This document shows, piece after piece, positions 9,118 to 19,151 of a stretch of 64,000 bases of DNA. The stretch lies in assembly GCA_041666945.1 (NCBI GenBank), contig JBAYFY010000004.1:6226-70225 (forward strand). The letters run 5' to 3'. The notes under the pieces are model-generated. The model had not been told where the DNA came from. It saw only the letters and a list, made by a program, of their open reading frames with translations, and did no database searches. The position numbers and the translations under genes were made by a program. This DNA comes from Candidatus Buchananbacteria bacterium. GTDB lineage: Bacteria; Patescibacteriota; Patescibacteriia; 2-01-FULL-39-33. Position 1 is the stretch's first letter. Every line of letters starts with the position of its first letter.

Positions 9118-12100
9118 TCACTCTCCGCTTCCCGGGTCAACCGATGAAACATTCGCCACCACCACCGTTGATGCGGCATCCGTTACCGTTACCGGAGGTT
9201 CATCAGCGGCCGGCGCCGACTCGGAAATAGGCAGTTCCTCTGTTGCTGGCAAAGTTTCCGGATTGGGCGGCTCGTCAGCAAGCATATCGGCTGATTGGAT
9301 TGTTCCGCTTACATCGGAATCCGTTGTTTCTGTCACGCCCAAATTAGCCGTGTTTAAAACAGTTGACGCCCCGATGACATCGGTAACTAACGATGAGGTA
9401 GAACTGACAAAAAACGGATTGCTGCTGGATGATTCTGTCGTGGTAGAAAAATCATTCTGCAGAATAATCAGCGAACTGCTGCTCAAAACAATATTCAGCC
9501 CGTCATCAGTGATTTCATCGTTAGTCATAATCCCGCTTTCATCGCTCTTAACCGCTATGGCATGCCAATTAAATCTCATTTCTGCCGTAAACGGCAAATC
9601 AACCGCCAGAATGAAACCTGTGGAACTTTGCGCTTCCACCCAATAATTGTGTCCGGCGACATTAAGCAACGGAGTCAAGGTAATTATCGGATCAACTTCA
9701 TACGGTTTGGCAAAATATACGGCGGTAGAAGTCGCGCCCACAGGCAATTCTACCGTGCCGGCCGCATCTTTATCCAAATAAATATGATCCTTAAACACCA
9801 CTTTGGATTCAAACCCGGCTTCGCCGATAACTGTGATAGTGCCGTAAAAAGTAGCCGAAGAATCAACCGTCAGCGAATCCAATTCTTCGGTTTCTTCAAC
9901 GGAAGCGTCAGTAACAGCCAAATCGGAAGAGGTGCTCACGAGTTCCGACAACTGGGCGGATAAAACCCCAAGCTCCTGCTCCTGGCGTTGGGCGATTTGT
10001 AATAAATAAAACGATAGATGATCAAAACGATAGCCCCGGGTTAAACCGTCATCCATGTATAATTCCGGCAAGACATCCCTGATTTCTTCGGCGATCAAGC
10101 CGAAATCGGTTTGTCCGGTTTTTTTCCAGACAAAGGATTTGACCTGCAAACCCAATAAAGCGTCAATATCAAGATCGGTATCAATAATTTCCTCTTTGTA
10201 TTCTCTGGAAGACGGATTGACATTGGTCAGGGTGCCGTTATTGGAATAAACGATGCCGTTAGTGTTTAAATTAGTAACTGTTAAAGTGCTGGTAACCGTT
10301 ACCGCCTTGCCATCGGCGTCAAAAGTAACAAAAGGCAGAGAATCATTGTAATCAAGCCATTGATAGGTCTTGGCGCTCTGAAAATACAATAATTCAGTCG
10401 TGGTGTTAAAAGCGATGTCTGCCGTAGCGGCCATCTGCAAGTTGGTAAAAGTTAAAACAGAATCACGATTTGTTGAATAAAGAATCGCCTGATCCTTTAT
10501 TCCGATCAAATCATAATCAGAACCACCGGTAAAAGCGGAAGTGGAAGCATGCCCGGCAATTATCGGTACACCCATTAAGGTGTCATCCCAATAAAAATCA
10601 ATGCCGTAATCCCCGTCACTAGTGAGCTTTAGCCAATCGTCATTGGAAGTAACGGTTAATTTATGGGTCGGGGTGCTGGTGGTAAAACCGATAGTGGTAG
10701 TGGAATTCAAATTAGTTTCACCGGCAACCTTAAGGCCGCCACCGCCGACTATCACTCCGAAAAATTTGCCCAAACCGATGGTTATCAAATCCCTTAACAC
10801 TTGCAGACCGCCAGACACTATAGAACCGACCCGAGCAGTTGGCGTTTCCATTCCCGGAAGTTTTACAATTACTAATTCATTATTGGGGTTGGCGGAAAGC
10901 GGCAAATAAGCCCGATTGCCGGCTACTTCTACGCCCCAAGGAAATTTAACCAAGGAAAGCGAATCGACGAAAAACGGATTATAAGGATTAGAAATATTTA
11001 TAATTCTTAAAGCCCTGCCCTTGGCATCAACTACGTAAGCATAGTCCCCCTGGACAGCTAATCCGGAAGCTCCGGAATATCCAAGTTCGGTGCTAAAAGA
11101 CAAACCGCTGCCGCCGACTATAACCGGATTAGTGGAAGAAGAAATATCAATAATCCTAAAAACCTGGGTGGAGGTTATGCCGGCATCAGTGGTCGGACCG
11201 AAACAATCGCTGGTCGTATAAGCATAGTTGCCGCGCACCACCACGTCTCTGCCTAAGGGCGACATCGCTAAATTCTGTCCGCCGACTACAACCGGATGGT
11301 AAGGATCGGATATATCGGTAATCCTAAAGACATCAGTAGAAGTATCAAAATAACTGACGGTATAAGCGTATTTTCCCTGAATGTCAATACCGCGCGTCTC
11401 GCCCGGGAAACCGCTTACGGAAGCGCTTATTCTTGCTGGGTTTGAGGGATCGGAAACATCTATAATTTGCAGGCCGTCATAGCCCCTGGCAGCAGTAGTA
11501 TAATAAGCGGCGTAAAGCAAGCCGTCTATAACCCTTAATTTCCTTAGAGCGTAATCATTGGTATAATTGCTGCCAACCATTTCCACCGGGTTAGTCGGAT
11601 CGGTAATATCCAAAATAGAAAGGGTGGTGGTACTGCCGGTATCATAATCTTCAAAACCGATATAAGCGTATTTGCCGTCAACCTCAATGCATCTGGCGCC
11701 GCCGTCCGGCAAACCGGGCTGCAAAGAAAAATCGCTGTCCAATAAAATCGGATTGTCAGGGTTGGAGATGTCAAAAATCCTCAATCTATTGGTGGAAGTG
11801 GCGGATTGCATCACTACATAAAGATAATCGCCGTAAACCGCCGAATTGGACGCGCCGCCAGACACATCAGGCAAAGAGGTGGTAACATAGGTCAAGGCGG
11901 CGGTAAAAGCCGTTGTCGTACTGATGGAAAGCTTGGTAAAAAATGGCGAGGAGGTAACGCTAAGCAAGCCGTTAGTGGCTTGTAAAACTCCGGTCAGATT
12001 GCTGATTGTCAGATTGCCGGAAAGATTCAAGTTTGTCAGGTAGGGCGAGGAACTCACTGATACCAGTCCGTTAGCGGCCTGCAAGATACCGTTCAAACTG

Positions 12101-13884
12101 CCGACGGTTAAATTACTGGAAATGACGGCGGTGGTTGCGGTAGCATTGCCGCTGATATTCAATCCGCCACTGCTAACGGTAACTTTGTTGTCAAAAGTGT
12201 AACCGCCCGAAGCGTTATAAAACGCTAACACGTCAGTGGAAGAAGTCCAACCTATATTAGCATTACCGGCAGTGCCTACAGAACCAAAATAAATTTCCGG
12301 ATCAGCGCCGTTACTAAAAATCTTAAAATCCTCGGCCGTTACGGAGAATATATTCAAGCTGACTATATTACTCAAATTGTCATAGACAGCGAAAGTTAAA
12401 TTTTTTTGTAACGCATCAAAAGATTGGACTAATAAATTATCACTATCAACAACACCCATATACAAGCCCGGACTTTCATTTGGAACGGTCTGCATGATAA
12501 TCATTGAGTCCTTAACCGTGCCCAACTCGCTCATTACAACTGATGTGCCGGAAAAAGCGGTAGAGGGAAAAGTGTAACTGTAAATACTGGAAGTAGTATT
12601 GCCGCCGGAAAATGAAAAGGTGGTGGTGGCCAAAGTGGAAGTGCCGGTAACAGACAGGTTGCCGCTTAAGGTCAGGCCGGCGAAAGTTGGCGTATTAGTC
12701 GTGTCCAGCCATTGGTTAAAGGGATTTTTTGCCGTGGCTGCCGAGTAATAGGTGTTAAAATTGCTCTGGAATCCCGCCCAAGTCGTAGTGGTATTCCAAA
12801 AATACTGTTCGGAGGTGGTAGACCAGCGAATTTTTGTGCTTTCCCAATAGTCGCTGGAACTGGTAGCCCAACTGCCGGCTAAAGTGGAAATATCCGACCA
12901 ATTATTGATATACACGCCGTTCAAACCGGCGGTAGTTCCCAGATAAGAGTTAGTGGAGGTAGCGGCGGTGGTGGTTGATCTGGCAACGGTCAAATCAGTG
13001 ATATCGGCGATGGATGCGGTCAAATTGGTGAACCAGCCGGAGACGGCATTGAAGACGGAGGTATAAAAATTAGTTGTGGTGGCTTGGGTTATGGAAGCAT
13101 AAGTGGAAAACAAATTAGTGGAGGTGGAATTTATCGCCAAAGTTGATGAAACGTTTAAGGTCTTGATGTTGGCAGTTGAAGTAACCGATAAGTCGGTAAC
13201 AGCGAGAGTGCTGCCGGTCGCGTCGCCAAAAACCAAGGTAGTGATATTGGCTATAGTGGCCGTCAAATTACTAATAACCGAAGACAGCGCAGTAACAGCA
13301 TTGGCAAAAAAATTCGTGCTGGTGGCATTAGTGATTGAGGCCTTATCGGCAAAAAAGTTAGTGGAAGTCAAATTGGTAATAGTGGCGCGACTGTTGACGA
13401 TATCCGCTCTTAAAAATGAAGTGGTGGCTAAGCCGTCCAGTTCCAACGCGTTTAGCGCGTTAGGCACGGCGCCCAGGCGTTTCCTCGGAGTGAGGGTTTC
13501 TCCGCTTACGGCCACTTCCAAATACAAATCCTGATTGAAATCAACTGATGATAAAGCCGTAACCGAGCCCAGCATAACCGAAAAAAGACCGTTAGTGACT
13601 GCGACTTGATCGGCGCCGGTTCGGGTTTCCGTCCAAAGAACTGAGGAACAAGCCGAGTCGGCGCACAATCTAAAAACCATGTCATAATTGCCGTCGGCAA
13701 CTGCCACATCGGAATGATCAGTAAGCTTACCTTGATAATTTATTTGTTGGTTAAAGGAAGCATCGGCTTGAGAAACGGAAAAAAACAGGGTGGACACGGC
13801 AAAACAAGCCATGATAACCCTAATTATCAGGTACCTAAAACTTTTTTGGTGTGTGTTTGTCACCATGCCAAAAATTTTATGCAT
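9118..13884 (-). CDS. Giant (1588 aa) secreted surface protein: signal peptide, long Thr/Ser/Asn-rich beta-repeat region, LVIVD-repeat beta-propeller, internal peptidase S74-like intramolecular chaperone autoprocessing domain (~nt 9925-10212), acidic C-terminal tail
   Basis: N-terminal hydrophobic signal region; repeats YAY..D....L.I.DIS.P..P (LVIVD type) x6; SSREYKEEI...FVWKK....DFGLIAEEIRDVLPEL...coiled coil matches S74/CIMCD consensus. Confidence 0.8.
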   Translation of the reverse strand: MHKIFGMVTNTHQKSFRYLIIRVIMACFAVSTLFFSVSQADASFNQQINYQGKLTDHSDVAVADGNYDMVFRLCADSACSSVLWTETRTGADQVAVTNGLFSVMLGSVTALSSVDFNQDLYLEVAVSGETLTPRKRLGAVPNALNALELDGLATTSFLRADIVNSRATITNLTSTNFFADKASITNATSTNFFANAVTALSSVISNLTATIANITTLVFGDATGSTLAVTDLSVTSTANIKTLNVSSTLAINSTSTNLFSTYASITQATTTNFYTSVFNAVSGWFTNLTASIADITDLTVARSTTTAATSTNSYLGTTAGLNGVYINNWSDISTLAGSWATSSSDYWESTKIRWSTTSEQYFWNTTTTWAGFQSNFNTYYSAATAKNPFNQWLDTTNTPTFAGLTLSGNLSVTGTSTLATTTFSFSGGNTTSSIYSYTFPSTAFSGTSVVMSELGTVKDSMIIMQTVPNESPGLYMGVVDSDNLLVQSFDALQKNLTFAVYDNLSNIVSLNIFSVTAEDFKIFSNGADPEIYFGSVGTAGNANIGWTSSTDVLAFYNASGGYTFDNKVTVSSGGLNISGNATATTAVISSNLTVGSLNGILQAANGLVSVSSSPYLTNLNLSGNLTISNLTGVLQATNGLLSVTSSPFFTKLSISTTTAFTAALTYVTTSLPDVSGGASNSAVYGDYLYVVMQSATSTNRLRIFDISNPDNPILLDSDFSLQPGLPDGGARCIEVDGKYAYIGFEDYDTGSTTTLSILDITDPTNPVEMVGSNYTNDYALRKLRVIDGLLYAAYYTTAARGYDGLQIIDVSDPSNPARISASVSGFPGETRGIDIQGKYAYTVSYFDTSTDVFRITDISDPYHPVVVGGQNLAMSPLGRDVVVRGNYAYTTSDCFGPTTDAGITSTQVFRIIDISSSTNPVIVGGSGLSFSTELGYSGASGLAVQGDYAYVVDAKGRALRIINISNPYNPFFVDSLSLVKFPWGVEVAGNRAYLPLSANPNNELVIVKLPGMETPTARVGSIVSGGLQVLRDLITIGLGKFFGVIVGGGGLKVAGETNLNSTTTIGFTTSTPTHKLTVTSNDDWLKLTSDGDYGIDFYWDDTLMGVPIIAGHASTSAFTGGSDYDLIGIKDQAILYSTNRDSVLTFTNLQMAATADIAFNTTTELLYFQSAKTYQWLDYNDSLPFVTFDADGKAVTVTSTLTVTNLNTNGIVYSNNGTLTNVNPSSREYKEEIIDTDLDIDALLGLQVKSFVWKKTGQTDFGLIAEEIRDVLPELYMDDGLTRGYRFDHLSFYLLQIAQRQEQELGVLSAQLSELVSTSSDLAVTDASVEETEELDSLTVDSSATFYGTITVIGEAGFESKVVFKDHIYLDKDAAGTVELPVGATSTAVYFAKPYEVDPIITLTPLLNVAGHNYWVEAQSSTGFILAVDLPFTAEMRFNWHAIAVKSDESGIMTNDEITDDGLNIVLSSSSLIILQNDFSTTTESSSSNPFFVSSTSSLVTDVIGASTVLNTANLGVTETTDSDVSGTIQSADMLADEPPNPETLPATEELPISESAPAADEPPVTVTDAASTVVVANVSSVDPGSGE

Positions 13885-14045
13885 TAAACCTAATAAAAAA
13901 GCAATGAAAATTACTTTTTATTTAGGTAATGCCTTTATACATTATAACACAAAAGTAATTAAAAAACGAAATCTTTATCCACAGATGAAAAAAGATGTCT
14001 CGTAAATAACGAAACATCTTTTTTGTTTATTTTTTTATTTTAATT

Positions 14046-16511
14046 TTAACCGAATAATCCTTCTTTATTTTTGTTTTCTACTGCTTGCGGCGGCTCTTCC
14101 ACGGTTAGCGGAATATCCTGAGGTTGAGTATCTTCAACTGATTTTATTTCTTCTTTGTTTTCTTTGATTTCGACGGTCTCTTGAGGCGCGGCCGGTTGAG
14201 CGGCCGACTGATTGGCGCTATGGTCGCTGATTGGCTCGGGCAGTTGTCCCGCTCCCCGCTTCAAACCGATGTTCTGTTTAACCACGGCCTCGGCCGCGGA
14301 CTGGCCGGTCAAATCAATGAGCGGGGTCTTGGTTTGGGCATAACCCTCTTTGCTGGCAGTCAAATAATATTTGTTATTTTCGGCCAAAAAGCCGTATTCA
14401 CCGCGATTGTCGGTAACATAGAACTCCAGCATGCGGCCGTATTCGGGAGAAAAAATCCTAATAACCGCTTTGGCCAATGATTTCTTGTCAGTCAAATCAT
14501 AAACCTTGCCCCAACTGCGCCGACCCTTCGGTTTGTCAGTTAAACGCTTAAAAATAAGAAGCAAAATCAAATGCAGGGTCAAAATTAAAGCGGAAAAAAT
14601 TGACGGATAAATGAAAACATAGACCAAGGCCAGAAACGGACCGATTAAGCTAAAACTGGCCGCCCAATGCTCGCGACGGAACTTGGCCAAGGCCTGCTTA
14701 TCGGTAACAACCAAATTTTTGTCAGAGTCCACGGGGATATTCGGGGCAATCGTGCCCATTGAACCTTGAGGAATATTTATAACCTCGCCAAAATACAAAT
14801 CCAAATACTGGCCGTCGGACTTTTTGCCAACTAAAATCTCGGAAGGATAAACAAAACCGGTTTTCTCCACTTTAATGACATATTGGCCTTCTTGAGCGAA
14901 AAAAATAAAACGTCCGAATTTATCGGTTACCCGAGAAGTTACCAAGCGATCGGTGGCTTTATCATATAAGCGGACCAATGCTAAATCCACCGGCTTCTTG
15001 GTAATGGAATTGAAAACTACGCCCCAATCCTTGCGTCGCCGCCGGAATAAAAACAGCCAGGGTTGGGTAAATAAGAATTGCAGGATGGAAAAACTCCAAA
15101 AAGGCGCGGCCAAAACAACATTAACCAAGGCCAGGCCTACGGTTGCTTGAACGATTGCCTTCCCCGCTGGCGATTGGGCAATAGTTCTTGCCGGCGTTAA
15201 AAAATCCGCTACCGCTTTAAGCGAATCAACACCCGGCAATTGTTCCAAGATTTCCAAGGGCTTAATTATGGCAACGGACACCAGCCAACCGGAAACATCG
15301 GCCAAATTAGTCCCGACAGAATCCTGCAAAGTGAATTTCAAATCATAACGGCCGGCCGGTACGGGAGAAAATTGAGCGGCGTAAGTATTGCTTATGGCAT
15401 CGTAAACTAAAAAATAAACATAATTATTAACTGCCGATGATAAATCCATCCTGATTCGCTCTGTACCTGTCGGCACTTTGTCGGCGGCAATATAAACCGT
15501 AATCATTCCGCCGTCCGCGGAAACAACCGCTTCGCCAGCCGGCGAAAAAATGCTCGCGATACCGTCTTGACTGAAAATAAAATCACCTAAACTGACCGAT
15601 GGCGGAATAACAGGAGGAGTAGTCGTCGGAGTGGTGGTGGGCGGGATAACGGGAGGAGTAGTCGTCGGAGTGGTGGTGGGCGGGATAACGGGAGGAGTAG
15701 TCGTCGGAGTGGTGGTAACAACGAAAGGCACGCCGCTGATGCCGGCGCCTGAAGCGAAATTGTCTAAAGAATCATAAGCAAAAACCGTATAATAATATCT
15801 TGTATCGTTTGTTAATCCGGTATTTAAAAAACTGACTTCGGGACTGACCGCCGGTTCGCCCCAGCCATCATAAACCAATACGCCTGAAGCCAATGAGGGA
15901 TAATCAAAGGTAGAACGCCTGATAATGACGCCGGCAAAATTAGTACTGGTAGGATTTTGCCAAAATAAAGCCAATTGGCTGTCGCCGGCCACCAAGCGCA
16001 AACCGGCAACGTTAGTGATTAAATCAAAAGGCGGAGCGCTTTGGGTGGTAAAAGTATAATCACCCGTATTAGCTGAACCGCCGGTTGTATCTTGGCAGGC
16101 CAGATAAAAATGATACAGGGTCGCGGGACTTAAAGAAACAATAAGCGAGGAATGGGCCGTTACAGGAGAGATCTCGGCGGTTTGGCCGGTTAAGTAATCG
16201 GTGGTTGTACCCCAATGCAACTGGCATAGAGCGGGGTGGTTGGTTTGCCAAGTAATAGCGGCGCTGCTGACAGTCGTAGTGGCCACCCTAACATCGGAAA
16301 TTTCAAAACCGCCGCCGCAATTAGTGCAAGGAGGCGGACAATCAATGGGACAGGTTTCATGAGTTTCTCCGGTTTCGCAAACGCCATTGTTATTGCAGCC
16401 GCCGCCGACCGTCAAGCCGACAGTAAAACTATCGCTGGTAGTTACAGCCATGGCTGTCAACGGCAAAAGAACAAAAAATAAAATAATGGCTATTTTTCTG
16501 ACCGCTGACAT
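14046..16511 (-). CDS. Large (821 aa) secreted/membrane protein: signal peptide, Cys-rich N-term, fibronectin-III-like domain, (TTTPTTTPPVIPP)x3 linker, TM segments, CarboxypepD_reg-like beta-sandwich domains
   Basis: Signal peptide MSAVRKIAIILFFVLLPLTAMA; PT-rich 45-bp x3 DNA repeat at ~15601-15718; multiple hydrophobic helices mid-protein. Confidence 0.75.
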   Translation of the reverse strand: MSAVRKIAIILFFVLLPLTAMAVTTSDSFTVGLTVGGGCNNNGVCETGETHETCPIDCPPPCTNCGGGFEISDVRVATTTVSSAAITWQTNHPALCQLHWGTTTDYLTGQTAEISPVTAHSSLIVSLSPATLYHFYLACQDTTGGSANTGDYTFTTQSAPPFDLITNVAGLRLVAGDSQLALFWQNPTSTNFAGVIIRRSTFDYPSLASGVLVYDGWGEPAVSPEVSFLNTGLTNDTRYYYTVFAYDSLDNFASGAGISGVPFVVTTTPTTTPPVIPPTTTPTTTPPVIPPTTTPTTTPPVIPPSVSLGDFIFSQDGIASIFSPAGEAVVSADGGMITVYIAADKVPTGTERIRMDLSSAVNNYVYFLVYDAISNTYAAQFSPVPAGRYDLKFTLQDSVGTNLADVSGWLVSVAIIKPLEILEQLPGVDSLKAVADFLTPARTIAQSPAGKAIVQATVGLALVNVVLAAPFWSFSILQFLFTQPWLFLFRRRRKDWGVVFNSITKKPVDLALVRLYDKATDRLVTSRVTDKFGRFIFFAQEGQYVIKVEKTGFVYPSEILVGKKSDGQYLDLYFGEVINIPQGSMGTIAPNIPVDSDKNLVVTDKQALAKFRREHWAASFSLIGPFLALVYVFIYPSIFSALILTLHLILLLIFKRLTDKPKGRRSWGKVYDLTDKKSLAKAVIRIFSPEYGRMLEFYVTDNRGEYGFLAENNKYYLTASKEGYAQTKTPLIDLTGQSAAEAVVKQNIGLKRGAGQLPEPISDHSANQSAAQPAAPQETVEIKENKEEIKSVEDTQPQDIPLTVEEPPQAVENKNKEGLFG

Positions 16512-16513
16512 AA

Positions 16514-17266
16514 TTAATTGGTATAGGCGGTAAGGGTAACGGTAGCGCTGTAACTGCCGGATGATTGAGCGGCAGCAGCGCCGGCTTCGGCGCGCAATTT
16601 GATGGTTGTCGCTGTTCCGCCGGTACTGGCTACCGCTGACTGGGCGATGGTTTTATTACTGGTTGTGAATTCATCCCAACAAGCGTTGGGGGTATTCAGT
16701 AATCCGGTATTGCAAGCTAACCCGTCATCTTTATAAGTGGAAGTGATATCCGATCCTTCCGGAGTGAAACCGAAACCCGATGAGGCCGCGGCTACTGACC
16801 AAGTAAAATCAGGGTTGGCCCCGGCTTTAACGTAATCAATAAAACTATTCGCTCCGGAAACAAGCGCCGGGGCCGAGCCGGCTTTGATTTGTAGAGTATA
16901 ACCGAGAGAATTGTTGGTTCGGGCGGTGGCAACCGTAGAACCGTTAGCCGTACCGCCGGAAGCGGTGGTAATTGATGGCGTAAGCGAAACACTGGCATCG
17001 GCAATGGTTAAGGTAATATAAACGGCTTCGTCCATTTGCTGAAAACCGGCATTAGCTTGATAAGTGGTACTGGTGGAAAGACCGGTGCCGATTTCTCCCC
17101 CGGTCTGCTCTAAATCATAAGTAGTGGAGGTACTTAGCCCGCCAGTGAAGTTCAGGGAATCGCGTTGCAGTTCAAAATTGGTGGATGACATAACATAAGC
17201 CCAGGCCGGCGAGGCGAGAGCGGCCAAAAAAACAGCAACGATTAAAAAAGTTAGCTTGTTCTTCAT
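16514..17266 (-). CDS. Secreted beta-rich Ser/Thr/Gly-rich protein, possibly WxL-like surface protein (start at internal MKNKLTF signal peptide)
   Basis: Signal peptide MKNKLTFLIVAVFLAALASPAWA; C-terminal ...YSATVTLTAYTN resembles WxL-domain ending but lacks the Trp. Confidence 0.6.
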   Translation of the reverse strand: MKNKLTFLIVAVFLAALASPAWAYVMSSTNFELQRDSLNFTGGLSTSTTYDLEQTGGEIGTGLSTSTTYQANAGFQQMDEAVYITLTIADASVSLTPSITTASGGTANGSTVATARTNNSLGYTLQIKAGSAPALVSGANSFIDYVKAGANPDFTWSVAAASSGFGFTPEGSDITSTYKDDGLACNTGLLNTPNACWDEFTTSNKTIAQSAVASTGGTATTIKLRAEAGAAAAQSSGSYSATVTLTAYTN

Positions 17267-18201
17267 AATGTCTTGTTTGTATTCCGGCGCCGCAATTGAA
17301 TAATCGCAACAATCGCCGCAATCACAATAAGAGCGATCAGAACCGTAAAAACCCAAGGCGGCAAAACCCAAAAACTGACGCGACTTTCCATATAACTCTG
17401 GCCGTAGCCGGGATTTAACGATAATTTGACGCGGTACCAGCCGAGCTGCGGTCGGGTAAATTCCAAGGTTTGCGTCCGCGTCGTATCCGGCATGACAAAA
17501 TAAGCAGGAATCTTTATTATTTCCACGGTTTGTCCAAAAAGATTCAATAAGGACATTTCTCCTGACGGATTCAAATAAATATTGCCGGTATTTTTGAAAG
17601 AAAAATCAACTTTGACCGGAGCGGAATCGTTGATTTTTTTTTCCGCCCGCAAAACGGTTAATTCACCCGACTCTTCAACCGAGCCGCTGACTCGGACAAA
17701 ATATAAGGAAGCTAAACGCGAAACCGGTTTGACTTGGCCGGCGCTATCCGTTAAATCCGCCTGGGCGGGAGCGGCCGCGCTGATTAAAACCGCGCCGTAA
17801 AGTCCGCCAGGCGGAGCGTCAGCCGGCACTTTCACTTCTACCGGCAATTCCATTCGTTCGCCGTGCAACAGAGAAAAACTCATTACTTCGGGACGAAGAA
17901 AATCTTTCAGCGAATATTGGCCCTTCTGGGTACCTAAAAAATCCAGGTTAGCGCCGCTTTCAGCGATAAAATCCTCGACAGCCACGGAAAAATTCAAAGG
18001 TTGGCCGGAACGATTAATAATAACAACCGAGGTCTTGGCGCTGCCGCCCGGATCTAAAATTAACTCCTTCTTGCCGCCTTCCAACACAAAATCATTAAAA
18101 TTGCTAACGTTGGTCAGTTGGGTGATGGTGAAGGCGCCGGAACCAAGCGGCATTAAAAACAGCAGACAAAAAATTGCCGGCCAAATTGTTCGTTTGGACA
18201 T
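17263..18201 (-). CDS. Cell-surface protein with signal peptide and C-terminal TM anchor plus basic tail (DUF916/CscA-like architecture)
   Basis: N-terminal signal MSKRTIWPAIFCLLFLMPLGSGA; C-terminal VFTVLIALIVIAAIVAIIQLRRRNTNKTL. Confidence 0.65.
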   Translation of the reverse strand: MSKRTIWPAIFCLLFLMPLGSGAFTITQLTNVSNFNDFVLEGGKKELILDPGGSAKTSVVIINRSGQPLNFSVAVEDFIAESGANLDFLGTQKGQYSLKDFLRPEVMSFSLLHGERMELPVEVKVPADAPPGGLYGAVLISAAAPAQADLTDSAGQVKPVSRLASLYFVRVSGSVEESGELTVLRAEKKINDSAPVKVDFSFKNTGNIYLNPSGEMSLLNLFGQTVEIIKIPAYFVMPDTTRTQTLEFTRPQLGWYRVKLSLNPGYGQSYMESRVSFWVLPPWVFTVLIALIVIAAIVAIIQLRRRNTNKTL

Positions 18202-18256
18202 AAATATATTTAACTTCCAATTATATTATAACACAGAAGGCCGGGGATTAAAAAAT

Positions 18257-18709
18257 TCATTTAGCTTCCTGACGATATAAAGACCAGGCCAGAAAAACCA
18301 GACCGCACACAATGGCGCAATCGGCCAAATTAAAAACGGAAAAATAACGCAAATCAATGTAATCAATCACTTGCCCCCAATGCCAACGATCAAGAAAATT
18401 AGAAAAAGCCCCGACGCCGGCCAGCAGCACGGCCGTTAGCCGCCGATTATCTCGGCGACGATAAAAAATCAGTCCGTAATAAGTTAGGACAAACAGCGCT
18501 AAAACATGCGCGCCGATCATCAACAGGTAATAAATCGGCAAACCGAAAGCCGCGCCGGAATTATAAGCCAACCGCAAGCTAAGCCACCGGCCCCAAAGAG
18601 TAAAAACGGCCTCTGACCAGGGATGAGTAAAAAGCCATTTCAAGCAACGATCCAATATAAAAACCGCAATCGGCGCCAAAAGGGTAATTGCGGTTGATAA
18701 TTTTTTCAT
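18257..18709 (-). CDS. lspA: Lipoprotein signal peptidase II
   Basis: FNLADCAIVCG and AFGLPI motifs, 4 TM; start at MKKLSTAI. Confidence 0.85.
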   Translation of the reverse strand: MKKLSTAITLLAPIAVFILDRCLKWLFTHPWSEAVFTLWGRWLSLRLAYNSGAAFGLPIYYLLMIGAHVLALFVLTYYGLIFYRRRDNRRLTAVLLAGVGAFSNFLDRWHWGQVIDYIDLRYFSVFNLADCAIVCGLVFLAWSLYRQEAK

Positions 18710-18717
18710 AATTAATT

Positions 18718-19095
18718 TTAGCCCTGGCCTTTGAGCGATTTTTTGCAGGAAACGCAAGAGGTGGATTCGGGTCGTATAGCCAAGCGTCCGGCCTCAATTT
18801 CTTTGCCGCAATGCTTGCACTTGCCGTAAGTGCCTTCGGCGATCCTTTTTAAGGCCTTTTCCACATCATGAAGATTATCTTCCAGCTCATGTTCCAGTGA
18901 TAAATTAGTAGCGTAATCGGAAACTTCGGAAGCATTATCTTCAATTGATTGGCTGTTGCCATAATCGGGAAAATCAGCGTTGAAATTTACTTCCTCGCCT
19001 TCGGCGCGCGTGCCAATAGCATCCAAATGCTTGATGATTTCCGCTTTTTTTGCTTCTAATTGTGATTTGAATTGCTGGATCTGCTGATTATCCAT
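18718..19095 (-). CDS. DksA/TraR-family C4 zinc-finger protein
   Basis: C-terminal CKHCGKEIEAGRLAIRPESTSCVSCKK four-Cys finger, acidic coiled-coil N-term. Confidence 0.75.
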   Translation of the reverse strand: MDNQQIQQFKSQLEAKKAEIIKHLDAIGTRAEGEEVNFNADFPDYGNSQSIEDNASEVSDYATNLSLEHELEDNLHDVEKALKRIAEGTYGKCKHCGKEIEAGRLAIRPESTSCVSCKKSLKGQG

Positions 19096-19151
19096 AAAAT
19101 TATGACTAATACTTAAAGATAGCATAATTATATTATGCCAAGGCAATTATG

